Below are positions 1 to 13,057 of a stretch of DNA of 64,000 nucleotides, piece by piece. This DNA is from Phoronis australis (Eukaryota; Animalia; Phoronida): positions 4,976-68,975 of the forward strand of contig NMRA01001023.1 in the NCBI GenBank assembly GCA_002633005.1, written 5' to 3'. Under the pieces are notes generated by a model that saw nothing but the letters and a program-made list of their open reading frames with translations, was not told the DNA's origin and ran no database searches. The translations under genes and the position numbers were made by a program. The first letter of the stretch is position 1. Every line of letters starts with the position of its first letter.

Positions 1-491
1 TAAAAATGCAATCTTGTCATATTGAGGAAGATTATGAGAGCGATTCAATTTGTAGACAAAATGAAGCTTTAAATTAAGCCAGTGTTTGAGGAACAGGAAA
101 GTTTTACCTGAACTTAGACTCTTGAAAACTCCTTCTAGATCTCAGAAAACACAGATGTGAATAGGACTTTCCACCAAAAAACACACCGAGTCCTTCTGTG
201 AAACCAGTGTCACGGTTTCAGGAGGAAGACAGTCTTTCTGCATGTATTTGAAGACTGACCTCGATTTCACAAAATGACTGGCAGCCTTCGACGAAAATTG
301 AAGACTCGTAATAAAATCGGATTTTGTGTTTTATACAGTGGTTCTGGTCGAAGCTAATAACTTCATCAGAGGTCTGACCACGTCCATAAAACTGGACAAA
401 TTTGATTGATTTCGTAAACGAAATAACAACCTATCTCTTTATGCGCCTTCGAGTTCAGTAATTTTTAACGGAGTGTGCTTGTTGTTTCTAG

Positions 492-644
492 GGTTCTTAC
501 ACTGTGCCTAAGGTCACAATGGAGGTCGGGAAAGTAAAGCTGCCATCCTTCCTTGCGAACGGCGACTACAAAATAAAAGTGAACCTCATGCATAAAGAAA
601 CGCGGGTGGGGTGCTACGAAGTGAAGGCATCTCTGGTTATTTAG
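492..644 (+). CDS. GM2A: GM2 activator-like last exon (upstream exons outside window); copy of 28010-28162
   Basis: TAG acceptor; GSYTVPK...VGCYEVKASLVI*; one E/D difference from the other copy. Confidence 0.87.
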   Translation, partial: GSYTVPKVTMEVGKVKLPSFLANGDYKIKVNLMHKETRVGCYEVKASLVI

Positions 645-2257
645 TGGCGGGCGCTTTTGAGAAATTCTATAATTTTATATTGCAGCTCCGTCGGTACATA
701 CGTGATTCCCCTAAGTGAACTCACGTCAACATTCTTTAAGGAATGCAACGCTTTTTGTAAAATGTAAAAAGAACGCAACTAAAGAAACTAAAACGAGCTT
801 GTATTTGTTTACTCATCGCTTGTTCTCTGCGTGTTTAAATAAACTACGATATCATCACGGTATTCAATCAATAGAATTCAACTGATCTGAACAGGCATGA
901 AACATAAGAGGGTCGACACATGCAGTAACTAAACAAGATGCAAAACAATATGCACTGAAATGAGTGCAAATACTTTTTCCCGTGGCTCGTTTCCGGCTTA
1001 CAATTGCGTCCAAGTCAGTTGGCCGCTTTTCGGTGTTCGCTTGGATCGCAAAACCCTAGTAAAATAATGCATTCCTTTAGCGTTATGCAAGATACTGCTC
1101 TTACAGGTTAATCTTTGTTAGATTTTTTTATTAAACATTAACCTGAAACTATTTGCAAAATAGGCCATTAACCCACTTTTTGTTATTCAGAACAGTCGAG
1201 ATTATAAATTTTAACTTTGGTGGATACACGCACAGCAGATCTGGCCAAGAACTGTCACTCTTCTCTCAGAGATCACAGGATAGGCCTATGTCACGTTTAA
1301 GGAGGAGTCAGTCTATGTTATCTCTTCGCACACTTCGTACAGGAATACTATGAAGTAAGTCTTCCATGGCGAATGCTCTTACCGTAGATTCTCAACCCCG
1401 CTTATTCACTCGATAACCCGGACAGGGAATGTCACAGCTATGTTGATTACTGTTGCACGTCCGATGCGATGGTAAGGCTCACTGGAAAACTAGGGTATAG
1501 GTTTGGGCACTTACGTGTTGGCCAAAATCACCAAGGACAAGTCAGCTATAGTGGGTATTCACATGTGTTGGGTAAAACTTGTAGACTATCGGTCATGAAT
1601 ATGCATTGTTTTGCCACCCTTGAATATGTACCTGATCAACGGTGAAGCTGCACTGGCAGCCTCTCCTATGACGTGTAAAGACAAATGGATGAGTGCAAAT
1701 TATCAGTACTGTAGCACAAAGGTTAATGTCATGAGGAACGGATCCACAGATGACTGACTAATTTTGCAGCCAAATGAGCTCAAATCTAGCGTTCAGTATT
1801 GAAACTGTCTTTTTTACCTCCAATATGCTTTCAGCTGAGCTGGTCTTGCCAACTTGTTAACCTTTGTCTCAAGGAATAATTGTCAATTCAGAAACTACTT
1901 CTCAGAAACGAGTTATGACTAATTTTACACTGTGAATGGTCCTAAGCAAGTGCTGTTTTTGTACAAGTTTAAACAAAAGACACATAACAATATATTCAAG
2001 AAATAATTATTTTTACCAATTTACAAATATTTACAATGAACATTGTGACAGGGAAAGCATATGTTCCAGTGTCACTTACTAAGTGTAAATTTTGTTGAAA
2101 ACTCTTCAGAGACTCTGTCACACTGTCATGCCTCCAAAAGAGGCAGCAATGATATCAAATACAGGGTGTGCCAAGACCGGAACACAATTTGACACTGCTG
2201 TATTTCTATAATGTGTCCATGCTTTTGAAACACTCTCTACTGTTGCCTAGGCGACCA

Positions 2258-5200
2258 TCATAATGTTGCCGACTTGAGATAGTTTACTAGACACAGGTTC
2301 TGATTAAACATGGTCTGAAGATGATCCCACGCACAACTCTGGTGGGGCACTAGTTTCCTGGCTTCCTCCAACAGCACGGCCTCCTGGGAAATTAGGTCTC
2401 CAAACACCTGTAATAAAAACAGAAGTAATGGTAGTTGTTATGACGACGACGACGGCGGTGATGACGACCACGACGACCAAGAAGGTTTCCACTTGTATTG
2501 CCTTTTTGTTTATGTAACAGACAAAATCGACACCCATAGCTTACACGGGTTCTCCATGTATTTAAAAATTAAATTACATATTACGCACTTAAAGCTCTCA
2601 GTGTAACGTTCTACATTGTTATGCATGTTCTACTTGAAGTAACCCTGATCACCTGTCTCACATCTTAGTCGTATGTTTTTCTAACCATTTGGTTATTAAA
2701 CTTGTATCAACGGTCTCCGTGTTTAATTCTTTATGAAATACTAAAATTTTATTTACGTTTTTAAATAAACTTGCATTGTATCTTATTTCATAGTAGACGT
2801 ATTTTTTTTCTGTTGTTATCTATATCGTTCTTCTTAATTGTTAATATCTGTTTAATTTACTGTTACTCGGTGGTCAGCAATTAGCGGCCTGTGCCTTTAC
2901 TGGCCACTCAGCCACATAACAATGCATGTTTTTATACGATTTAAAAAATAAAAGTTAATTCTCTCTCTCTTTCTCTGACCAATGGCAAAAAATAAGAAAA
3001 TTTTCCAGGTGACATGGCATTCATCAAATAAATAGGCTTATGTGATAGAAATATTCTTTGTGTTGTAAACTTCAATTGCAAGGAAAGTTTATTTGCATGA
3101 ATGATGTCAAAATAATGACAAAAAGAGATGCAAATAGAGGAAACTGGAAATCAATGTGAGGAAACCAAAAAGAGGAAAATTCCATGCCCTGCTTCACAGA
3201 TAAATTTCCAGTGACTGTTTAACTTGAATACAATTTTGAATAAATAAGGTCAAGAAGAAACACCGAAATAAAACGAATCAATATGCCCTGTGGCCCCATG
3301 ACACTGCTGACACCAATAGATGGCGGTGCACAACGCTGACCTTGATAAAAAGACCCAGAACCACTTGGATAAATTCAAAATTTGTCTTCCTGGTCAGTTG
3401 ATGTCGAACAAACTGTAGGAAGTTGACCAGTAGCTGGACAGAGCCACCACCCTCTGGACCCAGCATTCGTATTTCAGCATCCAGTCGTGATGGGCCCAGG
3501 TCTTTAATGAAGTTCAACAGAACACCATCTGTAACAGACAATGAGGACAACTACTATGCTATACTGATACTGCAGATAACAACTAATTACTTGGACAAAA
3601 TTCAGAAATGAGAGACTCTAGCATGCCCCAACGGTAACCTCAAACACTTTTGTTCAATATAAATATCCAAGATGAAATGTCAATAACACAATTGCAGTTT
3701 TCTGTATTGTCCTTTTATGCACCTTTTTAGTTTTCCATGAAATCCCCGAAAATCCCAATTTCGGATCACCCTTCATGCTTAAGTGGAAATTCCTAGCGTT
3801 TTAATAGGAGAAGACTGAGAGAACAGACATCTTTGAAACATGAAACTAGCCAAATTTGGCATACAATATAAAAATTCTGAAAAGAGACAAATGATTCAAG
3901 AGACAAAAGTGTTACACATTTACAAGCATCAATATGGGTTACACACGATCCCTTATTCATATGGCTTTTCCGCTGAAGCACCCTCACTAGACTACCATTT
4001 ATAGTTCGCATTAATGAACAATCCTTATTAAGAGAGGCTATTGAAGTCGGTAATGGGACAAACAATGGCTGGTGATTTGATTACAAATGGAAAAACTACA
4101 CCAAATTATGCTTTAACTGTACATCAAGATGAGCCTCATACACAACTCACCAGTTGGGTCCTGCTGTAGCAGTCGTCCTAACTCTGACAACGGCTGGCTC
4201 AGATTGGTCTTCAAAACATGTGAATCCTATAACACCAAACCGGTGTTAATTACATAGTGGACAGAATTACATGGACCTGAGCTTGTTCAAAAGGAAATTA
4301 CAAACATAATTCTAAAACTCTTGCGTAGCAGACAGGGTCATTTTCTTATTTTAGCTAAATCTCACTACCTTTGGATGATGTCTACAACAGTATGTCCATA
4401 TCCAAAAAACAGCGGATTTTTCAAAAGAAAAACAATTTTTTGTTCAAGTGATTTGCATATGTAACTGCATTCACCTAAGCTTCACAGACAGGCGCAGGCA
4501 GCCATGCATCACATAAGTACTTGTCTAAAACTGTTTGGCAAGCCCATTTTAGACTCTCAGGACAGTTCATTTCAATACTTAATGTTGTATTAAAAAGACT
4601 ACATCCACTGCCAAGCTTCTACATACAGGCGTACGGGCCTAAATATGCACATATATGGGAACTACTTAATTTCTTATGATACTGAAGGTTTTTCATGGCG
4701 CACCTGCAAAAACATTTAAACTGGAAAATATCACTCTCAAGACTTTAAAATATATTTAGGCCTGCAGAATATTGCCGCAAGACTAAACCAATGTATACCT
4801 GCTTTTCTTCGTTGTCTTCAATCGGGGCAAACTTTGGCTGTAGCCCGGGAATTGTGGGTAGAAAAAATGGTGCCAACTTTGGTACTTTAGGTGGCTCCTT
4901 AGGCTTGTTTTTCAACTACAAGAAAATTTTGTTATGTTCTGAAACTAATGTGAAATACATGTTTTTTAATAAAGCACCACTAACAGTGAAGATGAGGCCA
5001 TAACAGCGGAGAGCAAATTTTAACAACGGTCTTGAGATAAGGATCTTCGCAGAATGTGAATGGCTGGTACTTCAACTTGAGCTCATATAGACAGAAACAC
5101 ATTTGACTGGTTAGTAGGTTCATAGACTTCCATCCCTGGAATGCCAGATTCGATCTTGTGCTGGAGAGGTTATGCCGTCCATGGGTGGCATTTGCTTGCG

Positions 5201-8200
5201 TTCGTTTGTTCAGGTGTTAGTTCTTTACTGTCACTAAAACCTTTTGAAACTATGACAATTTTAACCGCATTGCATAAAAGTCATATCATTAGAAAACTAT
5301 TCATAAATTCTTGATGGTGTATGATTATACAAGAAGCAAAAAAAATAATTAAATTAATAAATAATTATCATTTTGCAAACCTCACAGGTTTAAAAAACAC
5401 CAAGTGTTACCAAAATGCAAAAAAAATAACAAGGTGCTTCAGTAATGTAAAAAGAAAATGAACCAGAGGTTGTAACTTTAATGATTCAAAAAGATTTTTA
5501 CCCTACCAAGACAAAGAATTTAGAACATGGATCCCTCACAGTTGCTGTGATGAATTGTAAGGCATACATCTTGGACTGTTGGTGCCATTTGACACACAGT
5601 TCTTCAGTAAAAAATTCAGGATGCAGTGACATTTACACAAAATGTGATAAACTAATTGCTTCAACTATCTGTCTGAAATTTGCAGATAAAGGGTTTCTGA
5701 TAGATAAAAAATGAGCAAACATCTAGTGTGTAGCTTTGAAACGTACTGTTGATAGATCATGATAGCACAGTTGGTAGTGAAGGACTTTTTACAGTAGTTT
5801 ATAAATCAACTCAATTCTTCAGAAAGTAAAAACTAGTGATCCTGATACACACCGCAGTAGTGTGTTTTGTCATAAACGAGACACTGGAACTCATTTTACG
5901 ACTGTTATGTTATGAAAGAAAGTGGACTCTGGAAAATGATAATATTCATGACAAAGAGACAATGTCATTTTGTACACACCTGTTAGTGGGGCCTAAACTT
6001 ATCATTAAAATTGCAGAACAAATATTCAAAACCAAATGTCACTTCTTTCTGTAAAATGCAGTAACCTGATCTCAAAACTCCAAAATGTCTTGTTGAAAAA
6101 CTCTTAGCATGTAGTTTGATAGGTTGTCGAAAGTAGTTCTAAGTTGAGCTGAAAAGGTATCAGAAGCCAGGTTATTCCAGGCATCCAATCAGGGCTAAGA
6201 GCAAGAGGGGTACGAAGAATGACCGGGTTGGTTGAGTAATTTTGTTGGCACATCGCTGGTTGTCTATCTGGAACCGAGCCCTACGAGTCTCGCTTGATGA
6301 ACAAAAATGACAAAATGAAAATGAAGTAATAAAATTAGGCTTGATTTCATAACTACAACACTCAGTCGAGTGGACAGCCAGAAATTCACAGTGTGAGTTT
6401 TCGCAGGTAGTTTCGGGGTCGCAAGCTCTAATAATAGAACACACTGGTCATGTGTGGGAGCTGGCATACCAGGGCTAGAGTTATATGGTAGGAGGAAAGG
6501 CCGTCCTGCCCCATGTTGCCAAATACACCTGCCTAAAGAGGGTGCTAGAGTTTTGCACGTCATGTCCTACCTTGATGAGGTCAAGTGAGAGGAGACTAAG
6601 CCACCTGGAACTAGGCAGTAGAGAGAGAGTGACCAACTCACTGGCCAGTTGGTCGGGCGACTTGTACTCGTCCACAAGTACCTCGACATGGGTGGTGTCA
6701 GGCTCGAACTGCTTGTCATCTGAAGAAATAAGAATGGAGTGAAGACGTTTGACAAACTTCAGCTAAAGTTTACCTCCTTACTTGGTGAAGCATATATTTT
6801 CCATTAAGATTTCATCAACAAATGAATTGATGCATAGTGAAACTCCAAAATAATTATCAACAAAGTAAATCCTACTTTTTAATACTCATGGATTAAATTT
6901 TTTTATATGTGACTTTTTGTCTAGCTCAGGTTAAGATATTATACCCATTGACTCCACCTCTACACACGCAAGTGTGACCCAGCAGTTCAACCAATTCAGC
7001 ACACTAACTATCTCTATAGCTTGAACTCTGAAACCCATGGGTGACAGCACTAGCAAAATATTCCTAATTGCTAACAAGCAACTTACTAAACAACCATCAC
7101 TTTAACTTATCATTTCAGCACAGACAGCTGTATAACCCAGATCCAGAACTGGTTTGCTAACTAAAGCAGTACGTGCATTTACTAACAGCTATTATAGTTA
7201 CCAAAATGTAGGTCTCAAGCCACCCAGTAACTTCATAATGTATTGAGGACAGCATCGGATGAGAGTATAGAAAACATCACAAGACAAACTAGTTCCCACG
7301 TTACCAGAGTTACGGCTGGTAGTATTTTACATAAACCCATCGAAGAAGATGAAAGGTGTCTGTGCACTAGGAATATGGGTAAATTTTCAATGCAACATAT
7401 AAGTCTTATTTCTCAATATATTATTAATACAATTTAAAATATTCACCAATACCTTCAGCTTGTGAGCTTGTGCTGGGTAATTCAAGCACTTGGGGCTCAA
7501 AGTCTGCTGGCAGAGCAGCCAGGGGCACGTGACTGTACAGCGTCTTATTGGACCAGAGGTAGACGGAGAGGTCATCCACGTGACAAGTGACCAAAAACTC
7601 TGATGTAGGGGACATGACAAGGCTAGTGACAGGTACGTCTGTCAGGAAGCAGTCGATGAGCGCGCCGGACGGCAGGTTCCACACACGTACTGTACAGTTC
7701 ATGCAGGACGACACCAGCCAATGAGAGTTGGGGCTGAATGCCTGTTGAGTTTTATAATTAAAACAGATGTAGTTGCACACAAGTGACACAGCAATCACTA
7801 GGAGAAAGTTGAAAATTATAACTGAGATGCATCATGATTTTCATTTTCAACTTTCTTCTGTTACTATGGCCACAAACTAGTGTTCCAGCAATCACTCTTC
7901 CTTAACAAACAAAATGAAAGTTAACAGACAATTTTTTATTACAAAAGGGCTTCTTTATCAATGCATAAGTGTAAGGAATTCAAATTTTACAAATGTTCAG
8001 GTAAATATAAGATTGAATTATAATTAAATTCACACAATGACACCTGCTTTTTCACAATAGACCTCGCTAATTAACGTCTAAGACAGAAAGGTGACAATTT
8101 TTGCCCCTGTTGCAGTCACAACTGTGGAATCTCTCACCAGTTCTGTGAGGTCCACCATTGGGAAACCCACATCGGGTCCTATAAATTCTGAGTTTGCAGC

Positions 8201-11200
8201 TGCGTGTAAAGACAAAATCATCACAAGTCGAGTAACAATTGGACCCACGCATCGAGTCAATGAAAAACCAAAGGAGAAAAAACCAGGACAAAACCACGAG
8301 CAATAAATAATAAGCTGGGAAGGTCAAAGGTCGTAGTGCTACGTACCAAATCTGTGACACGATTACTGTGGCCAGAGAATTTCCTGATGATGTTTCGAGT
8401 TTCAATGTCCACAACACTGATGGTATAGTTGGAGAGAGCTACAGCCAGCATGCAGCTTTAAGATAAGAAAATAGCATCTTGAGGCAGAAGGAATCTCATG
8501 GAGAGGAAAAATCAACACGACCTTTGGACATTTTTCGTAGTGCTGTTGTGTTAACCCAACATAAGTGTCTATTATTGTATATTCTTGTACATAAATGTTA
8601 TACATGGAATAACTGTATAATCCTAATTTTCACTTGATAACCACATCATTAAGGTTAAAAGTTTGACATTTTACTCAAAACTTCAAGTTTTAACTCGCAT
8701 TCGCAGCTCGAATATAGGGGTCGTCCAGTGTGACCTTGGACTAGAAACTCACATGTATACACCACAATGTACTTGAGCACAGACAAATAGACAAATATAG
8801 TAGAACGGAAAATGCCAAAAAATTCATATTCCATTTCAAGTACTAAGATTAGGCTACGTCCCCATGACCTGAAATCCAAACTTTTAACGACAATTAAGTT
8901 TCTATATTTCAACTGTTCTATTCAAGATGACTGTTATAGCTAGCAAACACTAACTGAGGAAACATGTGTTTAGGGTAAGGTATAGATTCGTTTCACATCG
9001 TTTTTTATAGCTTAAAGTGAATATAAAAAGTGTGGGACGATCCCGTACACTCTGAGACTAAATAAGAAAATCTCATTTGAAAAAAAATTGCCTTAAACAC
9101 AGATGAGTGTCTCGCTAAACTTAGCACTTGACAATGATCCCAGGAGGCAGTGTGACCTAGTGGCATAAGTGCCTAGTGGCATAAGTATCTGCTTTAATTA
9201 CTCAAGGTCATGGATTGGAGTCCCACTGCAGCACACTGCTAGACCCTTGAGTCAGGTCTCTAGCTCCTCAGCGCGGTTTTAACTACATGTTAATAAAGCA
9301 TTGAAATATTTTCAGGTGATCAGTGCAATGGGTTCACCTGAACGGCCTGTGCACGTCTGGTACGAAGACCGCAAGCAATTATTTTTCATTTAATGATCCC
9401 AGCATTAAGGCCCAATTTTGAAATCTTGATCTCAATTTGTAGGTTCAATATAAAGGTCATCCAGTGTGAGCGTGAATTAGTAAGTTCACACCCTCTGTCC
9501 ATTGGTTAGGCTATAAAAGCGTACTAGGTTCTTGTCTGCACCAGGGCTCACTTTGAAAACGGCACCCTACTAGGAAAAAGCTACCTGCCTGTATCAATTT
9601 CAGCCAAAGTCTTGAATGCCAAGCGAATGCATGCAAGCAAGATTTCAAATGCCACAACTTTTCAAGTTAGCCACAATCACACGATGACAGACAGACCAGG
9701 GACCTAGCCACAATCACACGATGACAGACAGACCAGGGACCTAGCCACAATCACACGATGACACACAGACCAGGGACCTAGCCACAATCACACGATGAAA
9801 CACAGACCAGGGACCTGTTTCATAACAACTGACTCAAGTCTAAGTCAAAAATTTAGTCTTAGGATTCGCACAACTATATCTGAAAAATAACTAAATTTTA
9901 CTTGAGCAAAAATACAAAGACTCTGAGAACATACACCTGTCTATTAGTTAGTGAAATAATTTCAATTAATTATTTCTAGACCATGATGAACTCACACTTA
10001 CATTGCAAAACCATTATTCAGAAACTGTAAAATGGAAGAGTTACTCAGTTAGACGACAGACTATAGTACATGGACCGCTAACTCTGTATACTTTCAATGG
10101 ACGAAATCTGTGATCTTACACATAAGCCGTGACGGCACTATTCACTAGCAACACCTGGCAAAATAAGCAATTTTTACTTTTGGCAAGTATGTCGTCTGAT
10201 TTTGCGTGGTCGGGTGCCAAAAGTACTCACGATACCAACAGTTCTGTTATTGGAAGACTTTGAACAGCGTTTCAATGCCGAAAATTTTCCCCGTTGTACT
10301 GGACCGTAAAATAGATGCGGGAATTTCCCATCACAATACACGAACAGGAAACTGAAATTGGTAATTTAGGAGAGTGGCGCCTCCTATAGGACAGTATGCA
10401 AGAAAATGTCGGAGTTGCGAATCTGTTGTCTAAATCTATGGTTAGACCAAATTCCTATCTAAGTCTTAAGTATTTGTTCATGAAACAGATTCAAGGACCA
10501 ACAACTCTTCCTTCTGGCTTCTATACTACATTTCATAATGAGTACTTTTATATTCAGACCATTCGACAGTGCAACGACAAATCGTCTAAAGGAGGTTAAT
10601 GGTTATGATGACTTCAAACACAGACTCGTTATAGCTGTCCCTACCTTGCTTTTCAGTCATGTCATTGTATATACCATATAAAGGTTTTGATTTATTTTTA
10701 ATTCAATTTGTAAATTCAATTTGTAAAATATTCATTTTAATTTAATGTAACTTAATTTAATTTATCTTTAGTTAATCAATTTTTGTTTGCTTTGACAGGA
10801 ACATGCTGTATATTTACCTTTAGCTAAAGCATGTTTTGTATTTTATCCTCTATATATAAAGTTTATTATTATATTTATAATTATAATTATTATTATTATT
10901 ACACATCAAACAAAAGTAAACTAATTTCACGTTCTCACCTGTCTCGATGAAGACACATATGCTCCGCTGGACACCCCAGTTTCACCGCGTCCAGCAGTTG
11001 TTTACTTTTGAACTTCCAAAACTTTAGCTGACCGTCACCCTCCAGTGAGACTGTCAGTTGATTCAGGCCATCCACCACAACATCCCGGACACAGCTGTCA
11101 TGAGCTGTCAGAGAACAGAGGTCGATTAGGAGAGAACACACAGCTGACAAATAACTGGCAATTGCTATTGAAAGGTCATTAGGTCACGTGATGTGGCGTG

Positions 11201-12180
11201 CTGGCAAGATTTAAATGTTTGCAACATATTGAAAGGAAGTTATGTGAAATAAGTAACATGTTACTGTATTCAGCGCAAGAAAATATATCTTACAAAATGT
11301 CTATTTCAAACAAAGACTAAAACTTGTTCATATTAAATAACATGTCTTTACAAGTTCAACAATTAATTAGTTTAGCTTACAACTGTTTTAATGCTCCTGC
11401 CTTCTCAGTGTACAATTATGAAATATAATTTGAGTAATCATTAACACACACAATAATAGTAATTTATACATCAACGCAGAGAGACATTAAAACTCAACAA
11501 CTTCAGGACCATTATATGTTCAAGAGAAAAATAACACTACACAGTAAAACCAGTAGATAGTTACAACCTTTGGGATTGCCATAAGCTCCCCTGTGTATTC
11601 CTGATTGGATGTTGTAGCAGTCCATGTGACCTGTGTTGTACCCAATGATGACAAAGTTACCACAGGAGGTGATGGCCACACACTGTCAACAATGAAGAAC
11701 ATGCCAGTATTGATCCTGCAATTATTACACTAAAAGAGTTCTATACTGACCACGTTATTCCAATACTCATAAAACAATTATTACACTTGGGTATTCTTGA
11801 ATAATCACCATAATCCAACAGAGAGAAGCAGGTGAAGGAGGGAGAGAAAGAGGGAGGGATGAAGAGAGACTGTTTTGCCAAATAATCACAGCAACTGCAC
11901 CCTACTGCATGTCCCGTTTTTCCCGCACAAAGCAATGCCATTAACTTTGGCTTACACAATCAAAACCTTTAATCAAAAATAAAGATTAACACTAAAATGC
12001 AGCTTATATTAAAAGATATTTTTTAATCTACCTGAGCCTCAACGTTCGTCATTGCCTTGAACCTATCATGTAGCAGCCTGTGCTGACCCATACTTGACCT
12101 CTGATAGTTCCAAGTAGTAACAGAATCTAATCCGTGGTGGCAGGCGGCGATACCGTCCCAATCACTTTGCCGACTCATCT
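2258..12180 (-). CDS. WDR36: WDR36 second copy, 3' half only (10 exons)
   Basis: Exons 12032-12180 (EMSRQSDWDGIAACH...WNYQRSSMG, not visible in the other copy), 11568-11682, 10939-11104, 8347-8455, 7453-7741, 6571-6719, 4799-4915, 4151-4226, 3341-3528 and 2258-2407. All are open with intact splice sites. No 5' exons are present before the gap/LINE. Confidence 0.88.
8652..8860. repeat. Unclassified interspersed repeat family
   Basis: Related segments at ~18165-18430 (partly inverted), ~36170-36375 and ~51781-51915 (GTTAAAAGTTTGA...TAGAAACTCA...AATGTA.T.GAGCACAG). Confidence 0.55.
9147..9350 (+). mobile_element. tRNA-headed SINE, degenerate copy
   Basis: Similar to the 47484 element; has a 16-bp internal duplication absent from the counterpart at 36677. 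Confidence 0.62.
9668..9815 (+). repeat. 37-bp minisatellite, 4 copies
   Basis: TAGCCACAATCACACGATGACAGACAGACCAGGGACC starting at 9668, 9705, 9742 and 9779. Confidence 0.95.
9811..10492. mobile_element. MITE with CTGTTTCAT(A/G)A termini (Harbinger-like)
   Basis: Left GGACCTGTTTCATAAC, right TTCATGAAACAGATTC; related element at 46766-47437. Confidence 0.55.
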
Positions 12181-13057
12181 CTGGAAAGCACATGGACTAC
12201 TTTGTGACTGTTTGCACAACACTTGTGTCCCAATACTAATACACACTGGCCATTTTACAGACAGATGGAGATGTCACATAACAAAAGATTGTGGGAAACC
12301 AACCGATGATGACAGGGAGCGTGCACCAACACTTCCTGCCACCATTAGTCTGAACGACGAGATATCCTACAAATTTCTAATCATTTAAAAGATTTATTCA
12401 ACTGATGTAAAGAAATGTGGCTGCCTGACTCTCCCAGATGCATTTTCAGCAGAATACTGGCCATTCGTTTCACAAAGATAAATCCATGTTCAACAGCCTG
12501 TCCATAACGTTTTTGATCACGAAAGAGAAACCTTATACAAGAAACAGAAAACAATGATGGATGTTTTCACCGTTGTAACGTGCATCGTCACAAAGGACCA
12601 AGGGGAGGGTAATTAATGGTGAAACATATCTCTATGGTAACGGACATTTAGTACTTCTGAATCAGTAGACAATGCCAAAAACATTGCCCACACCTGTAAC
12701 CACACACTATAAAACTCTTAATAAACAAGAACATGATACAGCACCCACAATAAATTCTTCAAGCACTCAATTACTTTGACGAGCTTTGTCAAGGCATTGC
12801 CAAAACTGCATATGGTTTAACTTTAGTACCCGAGACAAAGTTTGTAATTGGAGGCATCATGTGTTTGTCANNNNNNNNNNNNNNNNNNNNNNNNNNNNNN
12901 NNNNNNNNNNNNNNNNNNNNNNNNNNNNNNNNNNNNNNNNNNNNNNNNNNNNNNNNNNNNNNNNNNNNNNNNNNNNNNNNNNNNNNNNNNNNNNNNNNNN
13001 NNNNNNNNNNNNNNNNNNNNNNNNNNNNNNNNNNNNNNNNNNNNNNNNNNNNNNNNN

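Larger units (their letters stand above)
1..11699 (+). repeat. Large direct duplication, copy 1 (may extend beyond window start)
   Basis: Near-identical to 27516-39074; offset 27515-27518 over the first ~8.6 kb; ORF tracks mirror each other. Confidence 0.97.

Noticed and set aside
2304-2537. Val/Thr-rich 77-aa ORF (also 29822-30055)
   Set aside because: Intronic (GAC/GAT)n low-complexity sequence read out of frame into the last WDR36 exon
8085-8225. Box C motif and weak foldback in a WDR36 intron
   Set aside because: No box D at a suitable distance; pairing too degenerate to call
12306-12353. ATGATGA...CTGA C/D-box pair
   Set aside because: Antisense to the host gene, only ~48 nt, no convincing terminal stem
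12304-12366. AG/GT-bounded segment as a candidate missing WDR36 exon
   Set aside because: Translation does not resemble the missing WDR36 peptide
12413-12530. Second possible H/ACA layout (AAACGA hinge, ACATTT end) on minus strand
   Set aside because: Stems are weak; motifs are expected by chance
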